From assembly GCA_002633005.1 (NCBI GenBank), contig NMRA01000055.1:1102362-1160832 (forward strand): a stretch of DNA of 58,471 nt, read 5' to 3'. Below, piece after piece: positions 36,255-58,471 of this stretch; position 1 is the first letter of the stretch; the number at the start of each line of letters is the position of its first letter. This DNA comes from Phoronis australis. Its lineage: Eukaryota > Animalia > Phoronida. Under the pieces are notes generated by a model, which had not been told where the DNA came from, ran no database searches, and saw only the letters and a program-made list of their open reading frames with translations. The translations under genes were made by a program, and so were the position numbers.

Positions 36255-39200
36255 TTTTATTTTTAGTATTTTTATTTTCTCTAGCATGGGTATTTACAAT
36301 TTACACGACACAATAAACAATACAGTATACAAGTACATTAGTTGCAACAAATTATCGTCAAGTATCACCATTTGGTATACAGAACATAAATACAGATATG
36401 TAAGAAAAAAATCAAGCCATTCTCATCCTTAACATACACGCCACACGCACCCGCCCCCCCCAACTTACTCTCAGTAGGATGTTGTCAGGCAAAAGTTATG
36501 GTTAACCAGTTTCTCCAGGTTGCATGGTATTCATCTAAATTACCATTATTTAATAAAATCCTTCTTTGAATATAAAATTCTCTTTCTAATATCTTAAGGA
36601 ACTGACAGAAACTGGGGATTACTTTTTTACACCTGGATAGGTAAATAAAATGTTTTAATTGCAAAAGTATCCAATTTAAAACTTTATTTTCATTACTTAT
36701 GGGCATCCCAAAAAACATTGTTTTTTTGTCAATAACCATATTTATACCTTTTACCAACAACACCCAAATGCGTAATTCTCCTATCAATGTTTTTACATTA
36801 TTGCATTCGAAAAAGATGTGATCCACTGTTTCACTTTGTGAATGACAGAAAGTACATACATCAGAGTCCACCAGGTTAATTTTTCTAAGAAAAGAGTTGG
36901 TTACAAGTATTCTATGTAATAGTTTAAACTGCAGTGTACATAACTTGAAATCATAGGTAGTTTTAAAAGACATTGAATATAATTTTTTCCAGTCATCACT
37001 TCGAAAGTTATAACCTTCCTTTTGAAATTTTTTTTGGGCAATAGGCAAAATGTTGTTGTGGCAGACACTTTCATATATCATTTTACATATTGATGTGCAG
37101 TTTAAAAAATTACGGATATTAAAAGGTATTATTGGTCCATATATCTTAATTAACTGCATTTGTAATGGTGTTCTCCTCAGAAACGACCTAACAGACTCAA
37201 TCAGAGAACAATATTCCAAAAAGTTTGTAGATATGTTCGAGATCTTTTTGAATTCAGTAAATGAGTAAAAACTATTATTTTCATCAAGTAGGTCATTAAT
37301 AAAAAGAACACCACCACTAGCATACTTGCTAAAGAAGATAGATTTTCTGTCTATTAGTATTTCATCGTTATGCCATAAACTTGTTGAGAGTAAATCGTTC
37401 GCATCTTTATGGGGCTGTTTACTAATGAAAAAAGACCAGTTACTTAGAACTTCGTTCCAAAAAGGATTGATTACATCAGTATGGTATTTAATAAAAACAT
37501 TTCCAAAATTTATAATATTTGACTTTGCAATCCCTGTTTCAAGTTCAAACAATTTCACCCATTTTGATTCAGAATTAAGTAATCTCTTTATCCATGAAAT
37601 TTTTATAGCCTTGTTAAAAAGAATAATATTTAACATTTTAACTCCCCCTTCCTCATAAGTTTTGATTAACACATCTCTCTTCACTCTCTCAACTTTGTTA
37701 TTCCAAATAAACTTAAAAATGCTTGCATTCAATTCATTCATAATAATGTCTGATGGAGTAGGCAGAGTTGTCATAATGTGAATAAGTTTTGGCACCATCA
37801 AGGTCTTCACCACCGTAACTTTCCCGAAAAAGGAGATTTTTCTTCTAGACCAAATTTTGATAAGATTATTGATTTCATCAATCCTCTCATTGTAGTTGAT
37901 GTCAATCATTTTTTCTAGGTTAACACTAAACTTGATACCTAGCATCTTAAATTCCGTCATGCCCCATTCCAACTTCCATCTTGCGTGATGGAAAACATCC
38001 TTGCAAAATTTTTTACTGCCCAACCAAATAACATTAGTTTTGGAAAAATTTACTCTCAAACCAGACATATCTGCAAATCTACTCAAAACTTCCATAATAG
38101 CTTCCAAACTACGCCTTGAACCATCTAAGAAAAACGTTGTGTCATCAGCATACTGAGTAAGTATAAATTCCTCATTTCCTATTTGAATGCCTTTAATTTC
38201 CCTATCTTGTTTCGTCATCATAGCTAATATTTCAGCACATAAAATAAAAACATAGGGAGAAAGAGGATCACCTTGTCTACAGCCCCTGTGCAGAGTAAAA
38301 CTTCTGGACAGGAAACCGTTTTGAACAATGTATGACACGGGACAATTATAAAAGGTTTTAATCCAACGCTTAATTGAGGCCTTGAAATTATAAATATCCA
38401 AAACATTATTTATGAAGTTCCATGACAAGCTATCAAAAGCTTTTTCAAAATCTATTTGTAATAACAGCCCTGGTATACCATTTTTTTCACAGAAACTCAT
38501 AATATCATAGGTCAATCTTATGTTTTCACCCATACATCTCCCTTTTATAAATCCCGTCTGATCCGGGGAAATTATATATCCAAGTACCTTTTTTATTCGT
38601 CTAGCAATGCATCCGGATGCCAACTTGTAAACACTGTTGAGCAAAGTTATTGGTCTCCAGTTTTTTATGAATTTTTTAGCCTTATCTGGCTTTGGAATTA
38701 AAGTTAGGACCCCAGTTTTTTGTGTGTTTGACAATTCACTTTTTTCATAGCTTTCATTTATGTGTCTTAAAACAAAATAGTCTAAATCTTTCCAGAAAAA
38801 CTTGAAGAATTCATTTGTGAAACCATCTGACCCGGGGCTTTTTTCATTTTTTGAATTTTTCAATACAGTCCAGAGTTCATCATATGTTATGTGTCCCTCA
38901 AGCTCCATAGCTAAATTATCTGGAAGCTTATTTGAAACAATAAGATTCTCTATTTTACTTTTTTCAATAGAACTGTTGTCAGAATAAAGTTTTTCGTAAA
39001 ATTTCGCGGCCACGTCTAGTATCTTTTCTTGATTTGTAATTATTTCTCCATTTTCCAATTCTATTTCATACATAAGTTTGTTATAAAAATGTCTCGATTC
39101 TAAGCTACAAAAATATTTTGTTGGGCGTTCCCCCTCCTCTATCCATTTTGCCCTGGATCTGACGTAATACCCTTTCAATTTCTCTGACCTTATCTCTAGA

Positions 39201-39877
39201 AGAGCACTCTTTTTCCTTTCCAAATCTTCAAAAGTTCTATCATCAACACATTGTTCTAAATTCTCTATTTCCTTCTCTAACTTATGCTCTTGACTATCTA
39301 ATTTTTTCTTTTTTTGAATCGAGTAAAAAATAGTATTTTTTCTTATTTCCATTAACAGTACATCCAAAAATAGTTGATCATTTATAACAAACTGAATCAC
39401 ACTGTTCGAAATATTTTGAAGTTTGTCTAAATGGTATACCGGGACGGCATATTGCTTTTTAACATCAGTTATTGTATCTTGAACGATGTCAACATATTCC
39501 CTGTCATTCAAAAGTGAATTGTTAAATTTCCAGAGTCCTTTACCTCTAATAATTTCTCTAAATTTTAGGCTTAACAAGACCCCAGAATGATCTGATCTAT
39601 AACTTGGAGCTATAGAAATTTTTTCGACAGAATGCATCAAAGTTTTGGAAACCAAAAAAAAGTCAAGCCTAGCCTGCTTAATTGGATTTTTTCTTCGCCA
39701 AGTGAATCTTCTCTTTGACGGAAAAAATTCTCGAAAGGGATCACAGACATCAAACGTATTAATTATTCCCTTAAGAAATTTTGTAACGTTTGGATTATTG
39801 CAAGATCTATAATTGCAAGTATCCAGTTCTTGACTCAGAACTAAATTAAAATCTCCACATAAAATAAACTTATCGGC
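36255..39877 (-). mobile_element. 5'-truncated non-LTR retrotransposon (L1/Tx1-type LINE)
   Basis: Exact 16-bp TSD ATGCCTAATTATGCTT (36239-36254 and 39878-39893). A-rich 3' tail on - at ~36255-36280 and a ~200-bp 3' UTR. Confidence 0.92.
36485..39877 (-). CDS. LINE ORF2 (partial APE endonuclease, reverse transcriptase, C-terminal CCHC zinc finger), 5'-truncated
   Basis: Open for >1100 codons. APE motifs ILCGDFN, ARLDFFL, SDH. RT motifs WRPITLLN, QTGF, DFEKAFDS, GCRQGDPLSP, QYADDT. Zinc finger CTFC...ETVDHIFFEC. Confidence 0.93.
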   Translation of the reverse strand, partial: ADKFILCGDFNLVLSQELDTCNYRSCNNPNVTKFLKGIINTFDVCDPFREFFPSKRRFTWRRKNPIKQARLDFFLVSKTLMHSVEKISIAPSYRSDHSGVLLSLKFREIIRGKGLWKFNNSLLNDREYVDIVQDTITDVKKQYAVPVYHLDKLQNISNSVIQFVINDQLFLDVLLMEIRKNTIFYSIQKKKKLDSQEHKLEKEIENLEQCVDDRTFEDLERKKSALLEIRSEKLKGYYVRSRAKWIEEGERPTKYFCSLESRHFYNKLMYEIELENGEIITNQEKILDVAAKFYEKLYSDNSSIEKSKIENLIVSNKLPDNLAMELEGHITYDELWTVLKNSKNEKSPGSDGFTNEFFKFFWKDLDYFVLRHINESYEKSELSNTQKTGVLTLIPKPDKAKKFIKNWRPITLLNSVYKLASGCIARRIKKVLGYIISPDQTGFIKGRCMGENIRLTYDIMSFCEKNGIPGLLLQIDFEKAFDSLSWNFINNVLDIYNFKASIKRWIKTFYNCPVSYIVQNGFLSRSFTLHRGCRQGDPLSPYVFILCAEILAMMTKQDREIKGIQIGNEEFILTQYADDTTFFLDGSRRSLEAIMEVLSRFADMSGLRVNFSKTNVIWLGSKKFCKDVFHHARWKLEWGMTEFKMLGIKFSVNLEKMIDINYNERIDEINNLIKIWSRRKISFFGKVTVVKTLMVPKLIHIMTTLPTPSDIIMNELNASIFKFIWNNKVERVKRDVLIKTYEEGGVKMLNIILFNKAIKISWIKRLLNSESKWVKLFELETGIAKSNIINFGNVFIKYHTDVINPFWNEVLSNWSFFISKQPHKDANDLLSTSLWHNDEILIDRKSIFFSKYASGGVLFINDLLDENNSFYSFTEFKKISNISTNFLEYCSLIESVRSFLRRTPLQMQLIKIYGPIIPFNIRNFLNCTSICKMIYESVCHNNILPIAQKKFQKEGYNFRSDDWKKLYSMSFKTTYDFKLCTLQFKLLHRILVTNSFLRKINLVDSDVCTFCHSQSETVDHIFFECNNVKTLIGELRIWVLLVKGINMVIDKKTMFFGMPISNENKVLNWILLQLKHFIYLSRCKKVIPSFCQFLKILEREFYIQRRILLNNGNLDEYHATWRNWLTITFA

Positions 39878-40600
39878 ATGCCTAATTATGCTTAATAACA
39901 TCCCGAAGTTGCAACAAAGAGTCCCACCAAGTACACTTAGCGCAGTTTCCTAGTTCTAAAATAATTTTCCCTCAAACTCGAAGTTTCTGATATTGGCTGG
40001 CATACGACCACGGTGCTTATTTCAACTTGTAAATCCCCAAGTTTCTCAGGAGAATTCCCAGAAATGCTTTGAGCATGGTTTCCTGCTTTTAACTTCACTT
40101 TATCATCATCAAACTTATTTTTTTTCACTTTTGCCGGTTTACCTAACAATTCGCACATTGGGTACACACTTAGTCTATTGGCAGTACACGACTTTGAACC
40201 CTAATATGATCAATCAAATTCATAAAAGGACACTTCAATGTAATCTTGTCTCCTCCGTGTTGCTTCTTACGATAGTGTAATTAGATTTCACGTTCCCGTT
40301 TTAAAGGGTCCATTCATGAAAGAAGAGCTGAAGAGCTCTGGTTTTGACGACTGTTTGGGTTGCAGCGCCATCTATTGGAAAACCCACCTAAGTAGCACTG
40401 AATGCTAAGGTGCAAATGCGACCTAGTCTCAATAACTTTTTACACATGCGACGTGATAAAACAGAACAGAGTTAAGCTTTTTCAAACATGTAATATGAAC
40501 TCAGTTTAAATTTATTATATTCAGACACACGAATCTCCAAATTCATTATTTTCTAATTATTTTTTACCAATCTTCAGTATATAATTTTTCATGTCAAATA

Positions 40601-40753
40601 TTGTTTGAGACTTGACACTGGCAGATTTTCTTTTCAAGGAGTAAAGGGTTCGGAGACGCCGGGAAAAAACGATTTTGTTGTCTATTTTTAAATAAAAATA
40701 CGTCACATGTCATACCTCGTCAGCTCTCTAAATGTCGCAAGTGTAAAAAGCGA
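40601..40753 (+). repeat. Interspersed repeat, copy 2 (copy 1 at ~19125-19273)
   Basis: Direct diverged copy of 19125-19273. Confidence 0.8.
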
Positions 40754-40899
40754 TTGAGCGACTGGGACTCGACGCAATTGCGGTAGCAAGCAATAGAATT
40801 CTTGCCGTTCTAAGTCTATAGTAGATTAGAGATACATTATTGTACTCTACTCTGCAGGTAAAAGTTCGAGATAAAACTTTTGTAAAGTGTTGATGTCCA

Positions 40900-41400
40900 G
40901 TTCCTGTAAAACTGTTTGACAATGACGTGAACGTATTTTGGGATTGCAAACTTTTCATTGCATGCACCTTCTGACTGAGTGTATTGCGGGACTGTTTGAT
41001 GTCAACCTGGGCAGGATTCGGCTATTTGTATAGTCTTCTTTCAAAAAATATCCAATTGCTGTCATTTGCAGCCTTGAAATCACCTCCAGTTTGCCTAATA
41101 TAAGAAGCAATGTTGAAATTGATTCGATAACTGTAAGTGTCCGTCGTAAAAATGTAAAAGTAATAGGTGGAGGGGGCTGGTGTAGTGAGGAAAGAAATAT
41201 TGTGAAACTTCATCTCTACATGTTATCCAGCTTTCGAGCAAGGACATCTATTTGCCAGGTGATCATTTGCTTCTACTTCGTGAGCCAGGCTTTCGTGAGT
41301 GCAAAGACAATGTAAATTTCTGAGACATACATTTTTGAACAGCCCGCAAGTCACGATTTTTCGTCTCATAGGTGGCGCCTATCCTACTCCAAGCAGGCTA
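40900..41400 (-). pseudogene. Possible ancient LINE APE-endonuclease remnant
   Basis: Minus strand IVFALTKAWL (cf. DxxALTETWL) ~41280-41315 and GGDF ~41075-41090. Highly decayed. Confidence 0.35.
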
Positions 41401-43866
41401 GCGCAGGTCTGCTAGCTTACTCTCCAGCCACTGCAATCGTCACTTGGGTCGGGAATCTGGGACGTATACCAAGACACGGCCGCTTCCTGAGACGTATTTT
41501 TGAAATATTTGCGCATGCAGCAAAGAAGTGTTTCACAATTACGGTCAAGTCAATGCCAAAACGACGCGACACAACAGGTGCTTTAGAAGGGAGTATTCAT
41601 TGACTAAAACCTTCATCGAGGTCGGTACAACAGCCTGCTGAACGACATGCTAAACATTAGCAGAACAGTCGGCTATTTATCCAAACGGTCGCTGAGTTGT
41701 TTCCGACCGAATGAATATACATTTGTACACCATTCGCGCATACCGTGCTTTGTATGCTGTCCAGAGGAAAAGCTGTTCATGCTTGTAAATCAGCAATGCT
41801 TTCAACTGTGCTTGATACATTACCATACGTTATTTTTATAAAAGTAATGTTCGAAAACGATATATTACCCTCGCCGCCACGTTTGTAACGGATTGAATTT
41901 TTTCAAAACTGGAAAATGTTTTGAATTGAAAATACGGACCTTTCCATAAAAGGACTGTATTTGTAACACCCTCCTGGGAGCTTTCTGGTGTGCTCTGTGG
42001 GAATTTTAAAAGATAAAGATCAAAGACTGCTGTTTATTTCCCCTTAATGCAAAAGCTAATTTATAATCGAGACACTAAAATGACTTCGCCGCACGGTAAA
42101 CTCAACCTGTCTTTAGCTGACGGCAACTCTGGCAAATATGACCAGAACTGATGCTTTTTACCCGGATCGTAGTTCGTCAGGTTTCAAGTTAAAAATTAAA
42201 GCCGCATTGATAAAAACGTATTTACAATAGCGTTTACTCAGGTGTTTAGTTTCTTTTGAATCTCACAAGGATTTTGACGAGAATTGGCTTTGAAAAACTT
42301 TGAATAGACTTAGAATTGACATTTGTAACATGAACCGTGATACACTGGTTAGTCGATTCTTGTTGAGACACAGGGAGTCATTTTTTCAGCACATAAAAAT
42401 CCTAGGTAGCGGGCCGCGATATCATACGTGCAAAAGTTCAGATGTAATTGTAACAAGTGCATATAACAGATTTCGTGTCGCAGAAAAGATAAGTTTTGAA
42501 AATCCTGTTCACTACGAACCAAATTTGCGGTTTTTGAAAATTTTCCATAAACCGCTCAACACAGTCGCGCAATTTAGTTGCATACGCGTGTTTTTCAATA
42601 AAGCAGCAAAAACGGACAGGCATAAACTGAAAATGGGGCGTACCACCGCGCATTCCTTTACAAACTTCGGTATCCTCGAGGAAGACACTATGCGTTCTTA
42701 TTTTCCAGTCAATGAAACAACAAAGGCGAAAAATTAGTCTATACACTTGTCTTGTGATTATTGACAGAATCACCCGCTGGCGTTGATAATGAATTCGATC
42801 TCTTTCACTGGGGTCTTTGTTAACTCGTTAGGCGAATGTTTGCCAACACCGCACCAAATTTGTCTCTTGCAAAAACAGTAATTTGTTTTCTTAGCGCTAC
42901 TCGAATAGCCGCTAACAGGCGACAAAGCAAAGGGTTTCTCCTTGGTTGACGATTTTAATCAGTCACATTAGAAACGGCAATGTGGCAGTGGGTTTAGTTA
43001 CTATTGACTTAGCGGAGCTGTTTACAACGACGTAGAGCAGTACAGCATCTCAGTCATTGATTTGAGCAGATGGACAGCACGTAAGTACGAGACTTCTTTG
43101 ACGTTCTTGAGTTTAGTTAAAGTTTCCTGGCGTTTCAGTTTCATAAGTTGAAAGTGTGTAGTTCTATGGTCACTTGTCTGTAAAAATGATTTCAATCAAC
43201 TATATACATGTACAGCGTATCACGGTACACCATCTCCCACGCAACTTTCATCAGATAACGCCAATTGCAACTGACTGGAAAGGATCCAACGCTGACAACA
43301 TAAATATGACAAAGTCCAATAATTCAGACCAAGCCATTAAAAGGAATGAAGACAAATTTTACCATAACTATAGCTAAATATGGTTTTAAGTCGGATTTGT
43401 TTAATATTAACTTTAATTGCGCGATAGCCTCATATCTTGGCCCAAAATCTTTAAAGGTTTAGCACGATCTCAAACGGAACCGGAACGTCAACGCAATAAA
43501 TTTTCGATTACAGCGTGTTTTAAAAGCGAATATCTCAGCAGTTGGTAGAGGCAAGTGCAGCGTAGAATTTTGCTATTCATTACGAAATCAAAATTTACTC
43601 TCTCGTTGTTTTCTCTAAAACTGTTATGGAAATTTACAGTGAAATGAACCATTGCGCTGTAATAAAAATGGATTTATGTTAATTCGAAGTCACTAATTGT
43701 GTTACAGTGACCACTGAACTGCACAGTATACCACCCGTGGCAGACCACATCCCCTGAAATTCTACACCTGCAGGGCATAAGGAGGCGCGCGTGAATTAAC
43801 TTCGGACTAGTTCGCCAAAAATCGACTTAATGCACGTGAGAACAAGTATCCCACCAAATCTTCGAT

Positions 43867-44457
43867 ATGGCAATGTTTAGAAGAGCCCTTGGTAAAATCG
43901 CTGACTCTGAAGATACACAACCGCCGCCGCCGCCTGCAGGTGGCAACCAAGCGCCAAGTAATTTGACATCTGCTCGAGGCAGCGTCTCAGGAGAATCGCA
44001 AGCGTCCAACCCGTCCCTGGTTGGATTGTTCGCCTCACGAAGACTTCTTCGAAAACTGCACAGTCGTATCCAAAGCAAGAACTCTACATCTCTCGTACAA
44101 GTGCAGAAAGAACCGACATACCGAATGGAACCCAAGAGAAAATTTAACCAGAAAAGGGTTTACGACAAGCTAAAGGAAATTGTGGACGAACGACTCGAAG
44201 GGAAAAAGTACAGCGAAAAACTCAGCAAAACCGTGTGCAAAGTACTTAGCGATGAAATCAAAGAGAAAACCAAACTTTTTTACTTCGACAGGTACAAGAT
44301 TGTTGCTGTCGTGACTCTAGGAGAAATGAACGGACAGTCGTTGCAAGCAACCAGTCGCTGTGCCTGGGACGAAGATAAAGACACTTTTGTGACGTACAAC
44401 TTCCAGAACCAGTCACTGTTCTGTACAGCCACCGTCTACGGGATATACCACGACTAA
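43867..44457 (+). CDS. TCTEX1D1: Tctex1 domain-containing dynein light chain (TCTEX1D1/DYNLT5-like), single coding exon
   Basis: 196-aa ORF with a low-complexity N-terminus followed by Tctex-1 motifs EPTYRMEP, RYKIVAVVTLGE, SRCAWDEDKD and NQSLFCTATVYGIY. AATAAA at 44621 and 44813. Exact paralog assignment uncertain. Confidence 0.88.
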   Translation: MAMFRRALGKIADSEDTQPPPPPAGGNQAPSNLTSARGSVSGESQASNPSLVGLFASRRLLRKLHSRIQSKNSTSLVQVQKEPTYRMEPKRKFNQKRVYDKLKEIVDERLEGKKYSEKLSKTVCKVLSDEIKEKTKLFYFDRYKIVAVVTLGEMNGQSLQATSRCAWDEDKDTFVTYNFQNQSLFCTATVYGIYHD

Positions 44458-46477
44458 AACGTGCCCCGCAAGACTGCCCGGTCGGCAAACGATGAGAACA
44501 GACACTATACTGATTTGATTGATTCAAATCACCAAGGTTTTCAGATGTGTCTGTACATTTTGAAATCCAAGCGCCTACTTTGAAGTAAAGCGTCACCAAC
44601 TGATTGGGCCGAACATGTCAAATAAAAAGGAAAAACCGACTTTGATTCAACCAGTCTCCGTCAATGAGAGTCATCAACTTGCTGGCTGCTGGTGGAATTA
44701 AGCTGAAACGTCACCATAATTTTGTTGTTGTACATTTGCTGTACATAATGCTCTCCGATTCATTCCCTACTATCTGCTAGTAGTGTTAACCAGTTTATTG
44801 AATTGAAATAACAATAAAGTTTACAATAAAACAAGGAATTTTTTAAAAATCAACACTGATAGTCTTCTATAAATTTCTGCTCTAAACATTTCCAGTTTCA
44901 ACAATTGAAATCAACAATTAGTTAAGCACCGTTTGATAGCATTGGCACACATATCATTACATTAATCAATTCAATTAAAAATTATAATAATAATAATATA
45001 TTTGCATAGCTGCACTACAACACATTACCTTAGTCTACCTTTAACAAAACAATACTGCATAGCCTCAAGGCTCCAAAGTCCCCTCAATATAGGATACATA
45101 AAAACCTGGTGGTGTGCAAACTGTCAACAGAAGGTACAATCTCCAACAAATTGGTGGAAGACAGAGGTCGAAATCATGACCATGGAATTGATTTCGAACA
45201 ACTTGCTAGGATTGGTGACAAACATTCGTCATCTAAACACAAAGAAAGCAGAACCTTAACTGTGGGTAAATTTAATAACACGGGGACGGTAAATGAGAGT
45301 ACCCTGCACCAAGTGGAGTAGCAAACAAAAGTGAAAGGTGCTCAGATATCATCATACAAGCAAAGCGATGACACTATATTTTCTTTCGAATGTCTAAAGT
45401 CTACAACACAGCCCTGATTACCCTTTTGAGCTATTAGATCGGGAAATGTGGTCTCAGAAACAGAATGATTCAAAGTTATGTGTAACAGTAAATTTCAGTC
45501 CTCCTGTGAAACAACTCACTGCGGTGCACTTTCATTAAAGTGCCCATGGACGCTGTTTCTGCTTTCATTTTTGAAAAATCGCTCAAGTGCCCCTTGTGGT
45601 GATGGGCATTTAACAGGACATCCCAAATAGTGTGCAATTGTGATACCTAGCGTTTGAGGTTATGAAGGACCTCGTTAACGACCAAGTCTGAGTATTTGGT
45701 CAACTACATACAAAACAAATTGAGCAAACCTCTGCTGGTCAATTTATGTCTTGGAATTTCATCAAAATTGGGGAGGCTGGCAGCCACTTAAAGAATGACA
45801 AAATGCCAAATGACAGGCATAAAATCAAAAGAGAAACTGCAGACAAATTTTGCTCCAGAATTCTGACATGAAAATGTGCCGCTTCTTCAAAAACTGCTGT
45901 TTCATGCAATCATCAAAATCCTGTTCTCCGTTATAGAGACTCTGCAGAGACAGTTAAGGACAAGCCATGGCAGTAACAAGGTAGTACCTGACTCATGTCA
46001 TTGGTAAATTACGTTAAATGAAAAATTTAAATCCACAACTTGTGACAATATCTAAATACAGACACCTTTCATTAACAACATGATTCTAAAGAGCAAAAGG
46101 CACACCAGAAGACTACAGTATTTCTCTACATATTCTACACAACAATAATTTCCGGAATTATTGTTTTTCCATTTTCAATCTCTCATTACTTTACAACAAA
46201 TAATGGAAAATCTACCGAATGTTGTTGTATGACATACACACAGTACAAATCATGCTAGCGATACACTTAAAAAATTTTTAATCTTTGTTTTTTGTAGAGA
46301 ATTTTGACACAGTATAATTTCACTAGTCAGTCATACTGTGTGCTAAGTAAATGAAGAATAACCTTACACAGTATAACTTAGACTTAACAAGAACAAACTG
46401 TGTTGGAGGCAGTATGAGCAATTATTTACGAAAACACTGTACTTCAATTTTTAAGAGACAGAGTGGGCACTTAACCA

Positions 46478-57241
<10,764 letters not shown>

Positions 57242-58324
57242 CTGCAACAAAAAAGAATATCAAAAGAACAATTCATAACACAACAGTCAAAAACAAAATT
57301 TGAATTAATGCTGATGACTAAATGGATATATCATGCAAACCTTACATCAATTTTCAATTCTTCCAACCTTTTCATGGCTAAATACTTCTGTACATTTTGT
57401 AATATAAATATGCTTCTAATACAATTATTTGGTTCAATTCTAAGATTTTGTCAATCACAGGTCTTACAAAATCGACATCAGCTTCACCATTGATAATACT
57501 TACGCCGTTTTCTCAGAGTCACCTAAGTTTACTTGATTTTCTCTACTGTTCTGAAAAAGAAAGCACAGCTGAGAAGTCATGCAACAAAATCAGTTTTCTT
57601 ACATGAAGTGGTCCCTCATTCAAATGTCACTCCATTCCTTGAGCAGGGTATTAAGATCAATCAGATAAGGAGTGGTGTAACCAAGCCACAGTGTGTTGCT
57701 CAGGAAGATTACGCAATAACAGTTATAATATTATTATTATATATCAACAAAAAAGATGAGCTGTAGCAATGCACCTTATTTCTCCTTTCCTTTGCAGAGG
57801 GTAGTCTTTTGATTTTTAGTGATCAATAAAAAAGTTCAATTTTCAAAGACAGATTTAGTCTCTATGCACCCCCACCCCCGCAGCAGCCAGGAAATTGTCA
57901 CAGGAACAAGCAGTGGTTATCTCTGCCACCCATCCTTGTTCCCTAATCCCCGGCCACACAAAATCATCTGGCCATAAAGGTCCAGGTTCTGTGAGTGATA
58001 AGTGACTACAGGTACATTAAACCCAACCAGCAAGAAATATTGATTTCATAGTTGCAGGTTGGGAAATATGATTTTAGCCCCCATTGGTAAATCATCACAT
58101 GACAGCATTGGTCCATTCAACAACCCTTCAATTCTGGAGTTTAATTTATAGAGGTCTCGTGACACTTGGAAGTTGGGAGAGAGCATCAGAGATATGTAAC
58201 TCAACCGCGAGACCTCTAACATCTGTTTATGTCAGTGCCTATCCACAGGTTCTTCTGCATCAAAACAGATGCTGAAAGTCATTTACTAAATTCAGAACTC
58301 GTTTATACAGCACACATCACGAAT

Positions 58325-58471
58325 TCTTGGCCGCCCGGTCGGAAATTGGTCGACGACTAGCCGTCGACCGGTCGTCTAATTTGCCGACCGGTCGGCTAAA
58401 AATTAGCCGACCGGCAGCCGCCCGCAGTGCCGACTCATAAGGCGACTCCCCAGCCGACCCTTCAGCCGACC
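58325..58471. repeat. GC-rich repeat of GCCGACC/GGTCGGC motifs, probable DNA-transposon subterminal region running off the window
   Basis: Multiple direct and inverted ccgacc motifs and an abrupt rise in GC. Confidence 0.55.

Noticed and set aside
39878-39901. Apparent start MLLSIIRH of the LINE ORF
   Set aside because: It lies in the TSD and flanking DNA, not the element; ORF2 is 5'-truncated.
42960-42980. RFX X-box-like GTCACATTAGAAAC upstream of the ciliary Tctex gene
   Set aside because: It has two mismatches to the consensus and the TSS is unknown, so it is too weak to call.

Overview
Eukaryotic (animal, probably marine invertebrate; taxon not determinable from this window) AT-rich genomic DNA with spliceosomal introns and a heavy transposon load. 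It holds three host genes. (1) A two-coding-exon, ~1156-aa gene on + (20534-20614 joined to 24709-28098). It fuses a stonustoxin/verrucotoxin-type MACPF/CDC-like N-terminus to a Cys-rich putative Zn module, an AIG1/septin-like P-loop GTPase, a Cys/His-rich module and coiled coils, and is the best candidate for an undescribed system. (2) An intronless-CDS Tctex1-domain dynein light chain gene on + (43867-44457). (3) The 3' ten coding exons of an SGK-family AGC kinase on - (57241 to 46478), whose activation-loop splice donor is tandemly amplified 11 times in frame. Mobile DNA comprises an Academ transposon (3-bp TSD) nested in a hAT-like element (5-bp TSD), a second Academ fragment, a solo LTR, a Harbinger-like MITE, a young 5'-truncated L1/Tx1-type LINE with a 16-bp TSD, older LINE remnants, an inverted pair of THAP-element relics, a tRNA-derived sequence and several tandem arrays. 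All calls come from manual reading; no database searches were run.
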